NCBI RefSeq assembly: GCF_009914755.1
Contig: NC_060944.1
DNA: 64,000 bases
Source: the human T2T-CHM13v2.0 reference genome, Homo sapiens
Direction: 5' to 3' (one strand)
Below the pieces are notes generated by a model. It had not been told where the DNA came from, made no database searches, and saw only the letters and a program-made list of their open reading frames with translations. Positions 23,291 to 39,389 of the stretch are shown piece by piece; within the stretch, counting starts at the first letter, position 1; the number at the start of each line of letters is the position of its first letter. Position numbers and translations under genes: made by a program.

Positions 23291-24531
23291 TTTGGGGAGA
23301 ATAAATCAGAGGATGTGATTTAAACCCTTGATTCAGAAGGCATTCATAATATACCCATGGAAACTTTTCTTGTCCACAGGGATCCCAAACTACAACCAAA
23401 CCAAAACTGTGAATTTCTACCTACCCTCAACCTGCCCTCTTCCTCCTCAGTGAATGACATCAGCATCTACCCAGTTAGCTAAAGCAAAAACTAGCAGGCA
23501 ACCCAATTCCCCTCTCCCTTACCCTCTACCTGCCAGTGGTCAGAAGGTCCCACTGTTCTACCTCTGAAAGAGACCCCACTGTTCTACCTCTGAAAGAGAC
23601 CCCATATCCATCCACTTTCCTCCACCACCGTCACCTCTTCTGAACTCCCCCAAGTCTCTTTCTCTCTTGCTCCCGGCACAGCAGCCAGACCAACGTCTTA
23701 AAAACAGGAAGCTGTCTCTGCTGGCTTAACCCTCTGATGGCTCCTAGTGACCTGAAGAGGAAGCCAAAGTTCCCAGACTGACCCGGGCAGCCCTAACTGC
23801 CTCTTCTTTTACTCTTCTCCCTCCCCTGCCCACCATTCCTCTTCAACCTTGCCAAGTTCTCTCCACCTTGGGGCTCTCACCCCAGCTGCTTCCCCTTGGA
23901 AGTGTTCCCGATCCCCTCAGCCCCTCCCAACTGAGGCTCAGTTATGCATCAGACACCCTCACTAAACACAGAAAAAGGAGGGTGGGGGCCTTGACAGGGG
24001 CCCTCAACTGAATTGGTACTCAAATGTTTGTTGAATGTTTCTCTTCACACTTTTATATTATAAAATAAACACCTCATTGCAATTAAGGTGTTTCCTCAAA
24101 GAAAAAAAAAACCCAGTAAACAGAACAAGTAGGAAGCAAACAAAGGCATGACTCACATACAGATTTATGGAGAATATAACAGATCCATCCTCAGAACCTA
24201 TCATAGTCTCCATCAACAACTATATACTCAGTGTTGACTGAATAGATCCTGAATGGAGCAAAAATCATGCTCCCTGGTTTTGTCACACAATTCAAGAATG
24301 AAATTCCTTACATTTTAAGGAATCAAATTTCTCACCACTGATATTCATCTGGTAATTTCACTGGAAGACAGTAAAAAAAAAAGCCTCAAGTCATCACAGA
24401 CACACACCTGAAGGGTCATTTAAAAGCCCCAACCTAAGGCCGGGTGAGCTGGCTCACGCCTGTAATCCCAGCACTTCGGGAAGCCGAGACAGGCGGATCA
24501 CAAGGTCAGTAGATCGAGACCATCCTGGCTA

Positions 24532-25033
<502 letters not shown>

Positions 25034-25719
25034 TCAAAAAAAAAAAAAAAAGCCCCAAGCTAGACTTTAATAGGAACCAGGGTTACAGGGTTTCTGGTTT
25101 TTTTATTTTGTTCATGAGTGCTCCAGGGACCTGCTAAAAAGGTTTCAGCAAAGGAAATGTGCCTGAAGGAGAATTGCTGGAACATTCTGCGTCTGTGAGA
25201 AATACTGCTCTTAAGATTCATTATTTGATCATGAAACAAACACTTTCCACTTTGTTGATATGGCTCATGCTTTGTGGAGCCGTTTGGCAGTGCTCATCAA
25301 CATGTGAAATGGGCATGCTCAGACCAGCAGGCCCCTTCCTAGCAATTTCCTTCAGAGAGACGCAAACTTGTGCACAAAATGTGAAGCACTGTCTGCAATA
25401 GCAAAAATAACTACAATCTACATGTCTCCTTGCAAGGGACTATATGAACATGGCATATTCATATAACCCGGAGACTTCGTAGCCTTCTCAAAGGCCGAGG
25501 GACACTCCTTGGGCACACACACACATACGAAAGACTGGCAAAACATGGCACCAGGTATAGACGATACATTGTAGGATATGTATAGCCTATAAAAGCAGAC
25601 ATACACTTTCTTCCAATTCTGGGTATATTTGTGTGCACACAGGCTACTTTGTCCATTAGGCACTACAGGCCCAGAGCCTGGAGATTATAAATTTTTCCTG
25701 GGCCAAATGCATACATATG

Positions 25720-26130
25720 AGATAACCCCAGTCTAATCATTAAAAAAAAAAAAAAAAAAGACAAATTCCAATAGAGAGACAGTCTACAAAATACCTGACC
25801 AGTACTCCTCAAAACAGCCAAGGGCATCAAAAACAAGAAAAACCTGAGAAATGTCATTGCCACGAGGAGCCAGAGATATGATGACTAAGTGTAATGTGGT
25901 ATCTTGGATGGGATTCTGGAACAAAAAACAGATATAAGTAAAAACTAAGAACACCTGAATAAAGTATGGACTTTAGCTAATAATAATGTATCAACGTTGG
26001 TTTATTGGTTGTGACAAATGTACCATAATAACATAAGATGCTAGCAACAGGGAAAAGGTAGCACAGGAAGTACTACCTTTGCAACTTTTCTATAAGCCTG
26101 TAAGTATTAGAAAATAAAATTTGTTTTAAA
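25720..26130 (+). mobile_element. Old L1M (L1ME/MC-like) 3' fragment
   Basis: acaaattccaa...ctacaaaatacctgaccagtactcctcaaaac...atgactaagtgtaatgtggtatcttggatgggattctggaaca. Confidence 0.65.
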
Positions 26131-26148
26131 AATGTATGAGCTAGGCTA

Positions 26149-26418
<270 letters not shown>

Positions 26419-27839
26419 CTATCTCAAAAAAAAAAAAAAAAAAGTATGAGATATGAGAAAAGGAAAAAGGTATTAATTACAAAAATATGCAAGGAAAATT
26501 ACAAAATCTAAACATACAAAAAGGAAACATTAGGTCAACCAGTCACCTGCTATTCAGTTCCAATCTTACATAGTTATATACAAATTACGTTTAATGTACA
26601 ATGTGGGTACATGCTATGTTAGAATGCAGATCACAGTAACTGTTGGGGAGAAGAGTGGGGATATGGCAGTTAGGGATAAATCAGGAAAAAAGACTCCACA
26701 CTAGGTTTTATAACAGAATTTAATATAAGACATTGCTTAAACAGGCGTCAGTGGACTGAAAATGTTCAAAGGGAATCTAAGCTAACACAGATGTAATAAC
26801 GAAATGAAGCAGGATGGAAACTCTTAAGGGAGGGGGGGATAAGCTGGAGTTTACCAGGGTTGAGTTTACCAGGGTTGGAGGCTAAGGAAGAGGTCTGAAG
26901 AGTTGAACTCAGAACTCTGAGGAAGGGGTGCTGCCTGGCTGCTGCTAGAACCTCCAAGGAGGGGGCTTGGCGGGATGTGATGAGGCTGGTTTTGTGAATG
27001 TCCCCAGAAAGCTGGAGGTTGAAACACACTGCTGATGCCAGGATGAAGGGCTGTTACCAGGGTGGTACAGACAGAACAAACAGGCAAACTGGATACAGCA
27101 AATCCCTTTTCCCTTCCCCATGCCTTTCAGGCTCTCTCTTGTGTCCCTGACTGGTGGAACCTTCAGAGGAAGCCAGCTGACAAAGGAAAAGTGTAGTGTG
27201 CAGAGTCCCAGCCCCAGCATCCAAAGCAGAGTGGAGAGAAGTGGGCTTGGAGTTTCCTAGCCAGCAGCAGCAGGCACCTCTCTGCACAGCGACGAGACAC
27301 AATTATCCTTTGTACAGAGACTCTCCCTCTTCCCACCATTCATGGTATCTTTCTGAGTGAGCACGGGGCCCATCTCTAGGCAATAGTAAGTTTTCACTTC
27401 TCTAGTTAGGTTGTAGAATATTTGGGTGGCACTCAAATATTCTTAAGGACTGAATGGTCAAATTAACCACATGATCCTAATAGAAAATAAAAAGTAGGAG
27501 GCATTTGACCCTTCACATTTGCTTGCTGTTCCTTTAGGTATCACCCCAGTATGAGCCCCTTACCTCGGCAGCAAGAGCTGGTTCTGGGCTTCAGTGTCTT
27601 TTGCACTCCCCCAACCAGGCTTGCCCCTGCCCCGCAGGTGCCAGCAGCAGCAGAGGGGGCACCTTTTCCCCAAGTGCCAGGTTCTGACAGCCCAAGCTTC
27701 CTCTGCTGGCCTCCCAAACCCAGAGGGTGGTTACTGTTTCTGCAGCAGTATCTCTGTGTTCTCATATTGTGCCTTCTTTGATTTTTTAGTCCAACATCTA
27801 TTTGATCAACTTCCTATATTAAATTATCTCTGTTGCCTA

Positions 27840-28600
27840 GTATTGGGTATCAATCCAAAGGAAATTAAATCAGTATCTCAAAGAGATCATCTGCACTTCC
27901 ACACTCATTGCAGTTATTCACAATAGCCAATATATGGAAACAACTTAAATGTCCTAGAGAAAATATGGCATATATCACACAATGAAATATTATTCAGCCA
28001 TAAATAAGAAATCCTGCCAGTCGGAGAATTGCTTGAACCTGGGAGGCGGGGGCTGCAGTGAGCCGAGATGGCGCCACTGCACTCCAGCCTGGGCAACAGT
28101 GCGAGACTCTGTCTCAAAAAAAAAAAAAAAAAAGAAATCTTGCTAGTCATGACAACATAGATGAGCCTGAAGGACATTATGCTAAGTGAAATCAGCCAGA
28201 CACAGAAAGACAAAAAGTGTATGATCTCAATTATACATGGAATCTAAAAGTAGAACTCACAGAAGCAGAGAACAGAACAGTGGTTGACAGGGACCAGGGT
28301 GTAAGGGGAGATACTGGTCAAAGGGCACAAACTTTCAGTTATGAGTAAGTTCTGGGAATCTAATGTAAAGCATGGTGACTACAGTTAATAATACTGGATT
28401 GTTTACTTGAAATTTGGTAAAAGAGTAGATCTTAAGTGTCCTTACCACAGACACACAAGGTAGCTACACGTGGTGATGGATGCGTTGATTAATTTGGTTG
28501 TGGTAATCATTACACAATGTATATCAAATCATCACACTGTATACCTTGGATATATACAGCTTTTATTTATCAATTACATCTCAATAAAGCTGGGAAAAAA
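27840..28600 (+). mobile_element. L1MA/MB 3' end (antisense to UBE2V1), with Alu fragment at 28022-28133
   Basis: ccaaaggaaattaaatcagtatctcaaagaga...ggacattatgctaagtgaaatcagccag.cacagaaagacaaa...atctcaataaagctggg. Confidence 0.8.
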
Positions 28601-28644
28601 ATTAGCTGGTATGATTTCTCTTTTCCTGACTGACACAGAGTTAA

Positions 28645-29169
<525 letters not shown>

Positions 29170-29586
29170 TGAGTCAGGCATCTGCCACCGCGCCCAGCTA
29201 ATTTTTATACTTTTTTAGTAGCGACCGGGTTTCGCCATATTGGCCAGGCTGGTCTTGAACTCCTGACCTCAGGTGATCTGCCCGCCTCGGCCTCCCAAAG
29301 TGCTGGAATTACAGGCGTGAGTTACCACGCCCCGCCTCAAAGCTTTTAAAAAAGAGATCAGTCAATATGCACTGATATAGAAAGATGTCCACCATCTATT
29401 AGGTGAAAAAAAATTAAGTTGTAAAACATTATGCATAGGAAGATCCCATTTTTCTTAAAAAGATATATATTTACGTTTGCATACCCACAGCAAAAGTGGG
29501 TAGAACCACACCACACACCAACTTAAGTTTCATTCGATGGTGAGCATAATGAATCAGAGAAAGGATCACTTTTCTTTTACTTCCTA

Positions 29587-30006
<420 letters not shown>

Positions 30007-30009
30007 TCA

Positions 30010-30237
30010 ACAGTGCTCCTCGATGAGGGCCATTTTTGCCCCTCTGCTGGGAAGGGGAAGGGAGGATCAAGCGTTGCCTAGACACATTTATGGTTGCTGC
30101 AATGGAGACGGGGGTACTGCTGGCTTCTAGTGAGTAGAGGCCAGGGATGCTGCTAAACAGCCTACAACGCACATACCTAGCACTCTCATGACAAAGAAAA
30201 GAACCAGCCCTACATGCCACGTCTGAGAAACTCTGCT
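30010..30237 (+). mobile_element. MER20-like hAT-Charlie DNA transposon
   Basis: ttttgcccc...agacatttatggttg...ctggcttctagtgagtagaggccagggatgctgctaaaca...tgagaaactctg. Confidence 0.7.
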
Positions 30238-31149
30238 CTATATAACTTGACTATTGTTAGTACTTCTGTGGTCAAAGTAGAAATATTCCATGTCTAACGC
30301 TGTGGACAGCTAGACATTTGCCAGAATTGTGCAAGGAGCAGTTGGCTCAGAAGCTTTGTTTTTAGGTTTGGAGGATTTGCTTTTCTTTAAATAAACAAAC
30401 AAACAAAAAAGGTGGGGGCACTATTCAAACAGCACACACATATGACTAAAACATTCAAAGAGTACAGAAGGGTATATGGTAAAAAGTAAGTTTCCTTTCC
30501 ACTCCAGCCCTAGCCAGCCAGCTCCCTTCTGAAGAAGACAACCACTGTCAGCAGCTTCTTTCCCATTCCTCCAGAGGTATTCTAAGCACACAGAAGCAGT
30601 GTATGCATGAGCTCTTCCTCTGCACCCAAGGCCCCCCACTCCAACTGGCAGCATACTCTGTCTCCTGTTTTATAATTTACTTTTTCACAATATCATGGAG
30701 ATCATTCCATTTCAGCACACATAAATCTGTCTCATTGTTCAACAGCTAAACAGGACATAATATGGTATACTCAAAGACAATGATGTTGTTTCCAATATTT
30801 TGCTACTACTGACAATGCTGCATGAAATAATTTTGTACACTGCCTTTGGGCAATACATTCAAGAGAAATTGGAAAGTAAATTCCTAGAAGAATTCCTGGA
30901 TCACATGGTATAGACCTTTGAAATTTTGATGGAAAATGTTCTTTTGAGTAAAACAATAACAAAAACCTAATAGGGAGATGAGTTACTCAAGTGCTCTATT
31001 TAGATGCTTTAATAATTATGTGGATATTCGAGTTACACAGCAAATAGCTCATGTGCTAATCATGAAAGATTGGTCACAGGAAGCATCTACACACAGATAG
31101 TTCCTTTTATGACTTAGTTTCTGACCTTGGGGAACCAGGATAATAAAAA

Positions 31150-32680
31150 CTACAAGGGTGAAAAGACAATAACAAGTGTTGGTGAGAATGTGGAGAAATG
31201 GGAACTTTCGGGCATTGCTAGTAGGAATGTAAAATGGTGCAGCCACTTTGGGAAACAGTTTGGCATTTCCTCCAAATGTTAAACACAGTTACCATATGAT
31301 CCAGCAATTCCACTCCTAGGTATACACCCAGGGGAATTCAAAAATGTATCTCCGGCAGGGCGCGATGGCTCACACCTGTAATTCCAGCACTTTGGGAGGC
31401 CGAGGTGGGTAGATCATGAGGTCAGGAGTTCAAGACCAGCCTGGCTAAGATGGTGAAACCCCGTCTCTACTAAAAATACAAAATTAGCTGGGCGTGGTGG
31501 CGGGTACCTGTAATCCCAGCTACTCGGGAGGCTGAGGCAGAGAATTGCTTGAATCCGGGAGGTGGAGGTTGCAGTGAGCCGAGATTGCGCCACTGCACTC
31601 CAGCCTGGGAGACAGAGCGAGACTCCAACTCAAATTAAAAAAAAAAAAAAAAATAATAATAATAATAATAATAAAAAAATATATATAAAATATATTATGT
31701 ATGTTATATATATAATATATATAGGCTTGGAGGATTTGCTTTTATTTAAATAAAAATATATTATATAATTATATATCTTATATATAATTATATGTAATAT
31801 ATATTACATATCATATATGTTATATAAATATACAGTATATATAATATATATAACATATGCATTATATAATATATAATGCATTATATAATATATAATGCAT
31901 TATATAATATATAATGCATTATATAATATATAATGCATTATATAATATATAATGCATTATATTATAATGCATTATATAATATATAATGCATTATATAATA
32001 TATAATGCATTATATAATATATAATGCATTATATATTATATATGCATTATATATTATATAATGCATTATATAATATATAATTATATATAATATATGTCCA
32101 TCTTCAAAGGAGGAAAAATTAGGTAGCTAAAAACAACTATGTCCATCTATTCCAGCAGGTGTAGATAAAAAAATAAAAAGAAAATATATGTCCACATACA
32201 AACCTGTATATAAATGTTCCTAGAAGCATTATTTATAATAGCCAAAAGGTAGAAACAACCCAAATGTTCATCAACAAATGGAAAAACAAAATATGGCGTA
32301 TCTGTACAATGGAATATTATTCAGCCATAAGAAGAATAAAAGTATTGATAGATGCTACAATATGCTTGAACCTTGAAAAAATTATGCTGAGTAAAGGAAG
32401 CCAGTCACAAAAGGCCACATACTGTAGAATTCCATTTATAATAGATGTTCAGAAAAAGCAAATTCATTGAGCTAGAAAGTAGACTGATGATTGTCAAAGA
32501 TGGGAAATGGGGGATGTGGGAGGGAGAATGGGGGGTGCCTACCGATGGGTATGGGTTCCTTTTTGAGGTGATGAAAACGTTCTGAAATTAGTGACGGATG
32601 CACAACTCTGAATGTAAGACCACCGAACTGTACATTTAAAAGGGTGAATTCTATCCCAATAAAGCTGTTACTAAAAACAA
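31150..32680 (+). mobile_element. L1M 3' region interrupted by an Alu (31353-31655) and an AT-rich array
   Basis: acaataacaagtgttggtgag...ccatatgatccagcaattccactcctaggtata... resumes at tatatgtccac...gtagaaacaacccaaatgt...ctcaataaagctgtt-like end. Confidence 0.8.
31655..32095. repeat. AT-rich array including a ~19-bp minisatellite (TATATAATATATAATGCAT)n
   Basis: About 10 near-identical units between ~31855 and 32075, each containing the palindrome ATATAATGCATTATAT. Confidence 0.9.
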
Positions 32681-34434
32681 ATACATGGAGGACTCCTGGC
32701 ATACCGTAGCTACGCATTACAACTTCCAAAGCCTCTTTTGGAAAGAGATAAACTGAAATTCAGGGTAGCCCAAGCTGTTTTAGGCAGACAGAATATTTTC
32801 AGCAGAATTTACTGATTCATTGTTTTGTGTGTTTTTTTGAAAGTGTACAATTCAGTGGTATTTAGTGTATCGCAATGTTGTACATTGGTTCAATTCTCAG
32901 TATTTTAGAACCTGTAAATCAGTAAGTTGATTAACAAATCTACTGAGTACCCCATTCTGAGTCATTTCTAGGTATTCTGGGAAGTAAGGAGGGAAGCACA
33001 GTTCTCATCCTCAAGAAACCGAAATCATTCTTAGGAAGAGAAGACATGCAGTGAAGAAGATGTCAGCATATGATGGACCTTCAGAGACAGCAAAGAAAAT
33101 TATCTCCATGGAGAAACAGGATTTCTAGATTGGGTTTTCCCCGGTATTTAGCAGACGCAGAAAATTCTGGTTTTCACAGGAAAAAAAGGATAAAGAAATG
33201 AGTAAAAACAGATCAAATGTATATATTTTTAAAACTCCACAAAACTATAGGGTCACAAAATGACTTAAGAAGCAACATTAAATGGCAAAGCCAATCATTC
33301 ACCATGAGTGTTGATGACCATCTGAAATGAGCATTAGTGTCCTAACACTTAACGAACATGTCACTTGTCCCTGTTCCAGCCCGGGCCACGCCCTACATGT
33401 CTTTCTGCTCTCACAGTGCTAGTGCAGAGTCCTGCACACAATCAAAAGAATGAATGTTGTCATCATCCTTAAACACAAGCAGACACAGGACAGGTCTTGC
33501 TACATTCAGGCAGAGGCCCTTACTGCTTGTCTGAAGTGTGTGTCACAGTATGGAAATCAATTTCTTGACTCCTACATCAAGTTACTACTTGATTAGTATC
33601 TTCTATAATGGTAACAGATGAAAACTCAAAATGTAAACAAAAGGGAGACACCACAGCACAGTGGTTAAGAGCACAGGCTCTGGAGTCAGATCTGGTTTGG
33701 GGGTTACCAGCTATGTGACTTTGGGCAAGAGATCTGACTCCTCTGAGTCTGTCTCCTCATCTGTGAAATGGAATGCAATTGCACCTAACAATGGGGTCTT
33801 GTGAGAGTTAAGAGACATTTCTTGAGGGTTTACTATGTGTCCTCAAAAAACGGTTGGCTGGCATTATGAAGACTGGGAACTCTCACAAATCAGGAAGGTC
33901 TGAAAGAGGCCACTTTTCCCCATCCTCATTGTCTTCGTCTTCTTTGCAAAGGCCTCTGGGTCTAGTAGTGCCTGGAATAGACCAGGAGCTGACAGGCTTG
34001 CCAGGGACCTTTGCTGAATGGCCCAAGGAACTAGGATACAGGTGCACGGCAGACCTGGGAGACAGTGAAGAAAAACCACAACTGGGAAGGCTTTCCAGAG
34101 TTAATTTGGAGACTGGCTTCAGGAATGCTGGCTATACCTAGGGCCTAGTTATTTGGTTAGCCCAGAGATTGTTCTGAACGACATCTGATGGTGCAATGAC
34201 TTCACACCTCACTGTCTACATTGTCATATAAATTCACACTATGAGTCTAAACAGGTTTTTGCTTACCATTTAGAGGGGTTAAACAGCATCAGAGGAGGTT
34301 CAAATATATAAACTGAAACTGGTCAAAAAAGAATAGCCACATTTCAGAAAATATACCATTGGTGAGCTTTTTTTCCGTGATAAGGCTAATATTTTTTAAA
34401 AGGAGGCACAGTGAATTTAAGACATTGACATTTA

Positions 34435-34674
<240 letters not shown>

Positions 34675-35689
34675 TCATTATCTCTCCCTGGGAATCAAGA
34701 TGCTAACATGCAAAAAAATCACGGAAAGTTATCACACCTCAAACTTGCTACTTATAAAGCTATCAGTATCAACCAGCACAACCAGAGGGAAGGGGCACAT
34801 GGTTCTCTGACAGGTGAAGTGACTAGGGCTAGATAACCAAACTTAGAAAGATACCCCACCCCTACCCCTTGGACAAACCTCCTAAGGGGCTTACATGTCT
34901 AAATGTCTATGAATTGGGGTCAACTAGTATGAGATGAAAACCATCAATATCAGGTGCTAACAAAAGTACCTTGGAAGACAAGAGGCTAAGACTACGCTTA
35001 TTTGTTGGCATGACTCTCAAACAACCTTTAGGAGGAATAGTCACCATGGATATGGGAAATAAAAATGGTATCCTCTTAATCAACTAAGAGTCAACTGAAG
35101 GCACCAAGGATAAAATATTCTATTGTTTTTCAATTATTTAAGTGATAGTTTCTCTTTTAACTTACAAAAAAGCTAAAAGGGAATAGCTGGTTCTCAATTG
35201 TTTTCCAAAAATCCCAAAGCCTGGCAAGTAGCTCTTGAAAGCAACGCATGAAAACACCTCACAGGTTCAAGCCACAGTACCGGGTTCAGGCTGAGGCTTG
35301 AGCCATTTCTAGGTGTCTTCCAGAACAGAACCTAGGTACTGGGGCCAGACAAGGGAGGGGGCTATGGGAGGAGAGAGAGATGGACTTTCCTTCTGTGCTT
35401 GGGGAACAAATCATCTCTCCTAGGGTTGCACTCCCAACCAATCCTGACTGTCTCTCCTTCCTCCATTTTCCCTGGCATATGCACTATTTTCTCTGGAAAA
35501 AACTCAGGATCCAGTCAAGTTTCAAGTTCTCTGCCTTGAATGCTGAGCTCTCAATTGGCCAGACTCTCAGAGACAAACAGGACTAACCATGTGACTGTGA
35601 AGAGAGGCTCACTGGAGGGACCCCAGATTGTGGGAGGTGTTGCCAGTATATGTATTTCCCAAAGTGTAGGACACACGCCATTAATTCAA

Positions 35690-36430
35690 TTGGAATAAAT
35701 ATTTGAGTACTTAGTATACATCGGGGACTTTTCTAAGCACTGAAGAACAAGCAGTGAATAAAACAAAAATGCCTGCAGCTTACATTCTAGTAGAAGACAT
35801 ATAATGGACAAAAATGAATATGTAAATTATACAGTATGACAGATCCTGGTGTTCCGGAGGAGGGAGTAATACGGGAGGGGCTATACTTTTAAATGGAGGG
35901 ATAAAGGAAAAGTGTTATTGCAATCAGGTGTCATAACTAAAGACCTAAAGAAGGTGAGAGGGCATGATTTATGGATAGCTGAGGAGAAAGTCTTTGAGAC
36001 AGAGCAAACAAGTGCAAAGGCCCTAAAATAGAGGCTGCTTAGGGTGTCAAAGGACAGCAAGGAGGCCAATTTAGCTCAAACCAAGTGAGGAAGATGAGAG
36101 AGCAAGAGGAGATTAAGGATGCCAACTGTTACTGAGTGACATGATCTGTCTTGTTTTTAATAGGATCCCTCAGACTGCTGTGTGAGGATGAGAGTGAAGG
36201 GAGCAAGGGCAGAAGCAGCTAGGAGGCTACTGCAATAATCCTAGCAAAAGATAATACCCGTTTGGACCAGGGTGATAGCAGGAAAGTAGTGAGGAGTGGC
36301 GTAATTCTAGGCATTTCAGAGGTCTGAGCTGTGGAGATTTGCTATCAGGTTGCCTGTGAGGTGTGAGAGACAAGAGTCAACTACAGCTCCCAGGTTTTTG
36401 GTCCAAGCAACTGAAGGACAGAGTTGGTAG
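35690..36430 (-). mobile_element. L2 fragment
   Basis: aaatatttgagtactta...caagtgcaaaggccct...ggaggctactgcaataatcc (reverse L2). Confidence 0.65.
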
Positions 36431-36984
36431 TGGTATGTTAGAGGACTTTCGGTGGTATGTGATTGAACACTTCGTTTTACAGTCACGTATTTATGTTTAA
36501 GAATAACTTATTTAGGGTAAGTAATATACTAACTTCCCATTTATAATAATGGTAAAAGTTTCCTTTAAAATAAATGTAAGCAAAAGAGTCAGTTGATTAC
36601 AAGAAAAATATTAAATAGTACTACATATGGTATTTGAAAGGAAACAGCAAAACCTGCAAGCATACTTGAACTGCTTGTTTGGAAAACACTGGCATTTTCA
36701 TCTGCACAGCAGCCAACTGGATTATTCAGCTATACTGGATTAAGTCTCCTGTAGCAAACATAAAACTGAAAGATAGTGGTGACATTATAGGCAAAAAGCC
36801 AGACAACACAACTATTGTTCAGAAAGGGTTCAATCTAAATCTTTAATAATCCTAATTAGGCTAGCGGGGGAAAAGTCACTACATTACTACTGGTTAATTT
36901 ACAAGCCTGCACTAATAAAAATGAACATCAAAAGAATCATATTGATAGGAAGGCTGATGACTGAGGTACTTGTTCACAGATCGT

Positions 36985-37177
36985 GCTATGGGCTGGGCTG
37001 AACTGTGTTCCCCTCAAATTTATATACTTAAGTCCTAACTCCCAGTACCTCAGAATGTGACAAAACCTGCTGACACCTTGATCTTGGGCTTCTGGTCTCT
37101 AGAGCTGTGAGAAATTTGTTGTTTAAGCCCCACCCAGTCTATGGTATTTTGTTATGACAGCACTAGCAAACTCATAT
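36985..37177 (+). mobile_element. MLT1-family (MaLR) solo LTR with internal deletion
   Basis: aactgtgttcccctcaaatt...aagtcctaac..ccagtacctcagaatgtgac | cctgctgacaccttgatcttgg.cttctgg.ctc.aga.ctgtgaga...tttaagcc.cccagtct.tggtattttgttat..cagc.ctagcaaact.ata. Confidence 0.75.
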
Positions 37178-37775
37178 AGATGATAAGTGACATCTTAAGG
37201 AGCTTTATAGAGTTGGTAAGGATACAGAACAAGATGTTAACAGCTGTTATCTCTGGGTAAAAGAATTATGGATGATTCCCCCTACTTTCTCTATTTCCTG
37301 ATTTTTTTACAACAATCCCATGTTATTTGCATAACAAAAAACCAATTAGGAACCATTTCAACTGCACCCCCACGCAAGGACCTACCCAGGGCCTGTGCGA
37401 CTGTCATTCCTGCTGTCCAGAAGGCTCCTTCCCCTAGGAATCCATAAGCCAAGCTCCCTCAGCTTCTTTAGGGCTTTGGTTGTCCAGCACTTCATCTCAA
37501 TAAGGATCAAGGGTTCTTCTCTGAGTAGGAATCTCACTTAACGGCATTCCTTAAGTGACTAACTTTTAATGGACAATGATTTTAATGTTACTAAAACTTG
37601 GTCAGCTGGGTATGGCAGCTCACACCTGTAATCCCAGCACTTTGAGAGGCCAAGACAATCGTCTGAGGCCAGGAGTTCGAGATCAGCCTGGGCAACATGG
37701 AGAAATCTCATGTCTACAAAAAAATACAAGAATTAGCTGGGCATGGTGGTGCCCACCTGTAGTCCTAGTTACTCA

Positions 37776-37955
<180 letters not shown>

Positions 37956-38152
37956 TTAGGAGGCTGAGACAGGAGGACTGCTTGAGCCTGGAAGGTCAAG
38001 TCTGTAGTGAGCTATGATCACGCCACTGCATTCCAGCCTGGGCAACAGAGCAAGAACCTGTCTCTATTTAAAAAAAAAAAAAAAAAAAAGACGGGGCGCG
38101 GTGGCTCACACCTGTAATTCCAGCACTTTGGGAGGCCGAGGTGGGTGGATCA

Positions 38153-38458
<306 letters not shown>

Positions 38459-39222
38459 TTACACAAGTGACCTCTATTTTGAGTTGCTCTTTTTGGCAAG
38501 ACAAAAAAATGTGTTAGTTTCTTATGTCAGGTATTTAAATGTCAGCTGGACTATTTATAGTAGGACTATTCCTCTTGCAAACTTAAGCAAAGAACTTCTC
38601 TATGGCTGAAAGGTTACCTTTTCACCTAACAATCAGATCTGATTAGGAAATCCTAACATTCAAATATCACAAGCTTGTTGCTATTAGTTTCAAAACAGTG
38701 AATTCAAGTTATAATTTTCTGATATTTAATTTTTACTTGTGAAGTAGGGCAAAATATATTAGTAATTAATCCTATACTTCCAACATACATTTCTATTGGA
38801 TTAGATATTCAATTACTTAAAAACAAGTGTGCAAAGCCCACACATACAACTGAACCAAAGAAATAAGTCAGGTCAATTTATTTTAGGCTAGGATTTGGAA
38901 CAGGAATTGAGACCCACAGAGGGAAAGGTCAGCTTTCTTTTGTTCCTGCATTATAGGACAATTTGATTCTGACTCAAGTTGTAAAGCCAGCACCAGAAAC
39001 AGTTTAATAAATGAAAAACTTTGGACTGGCCAATATCTATCTGTATTGCAACTAGGAGTTGTGATATACATATAAATATCTATAACTGCTATCTACTGAA
39101 CAATTACAATAAACATTTATTTCATTTGAACAGCAGTTCTCAAACCTTTTGCTCTCAAGAATGCTTTATACTCTCAAAATCATTGAAGACCTCAAAGAAC
39201 TTTTTTTTTTTTTTTTTTTTGA

Positions 39223-39321
<99 letters not shown>

Positions 39322-39356
39322 TAATGTGTATAGAACTGGACTTCACATTTATAAGC

Positions 39357-39389
<33 letters not shown>

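Noticed and set aside
31855-32075. Regularly spaced palindromic repeats as a CRISPR-like array
   Set aside because: No unique spacers; this is a eukaryotic AT-rich minisatellite.
32264-32470. ORF resembling the L1 ORF2 C-terminus (MEYYSAI...)
   Set aside because: Degenerate L1 remnant, not an intact gene.
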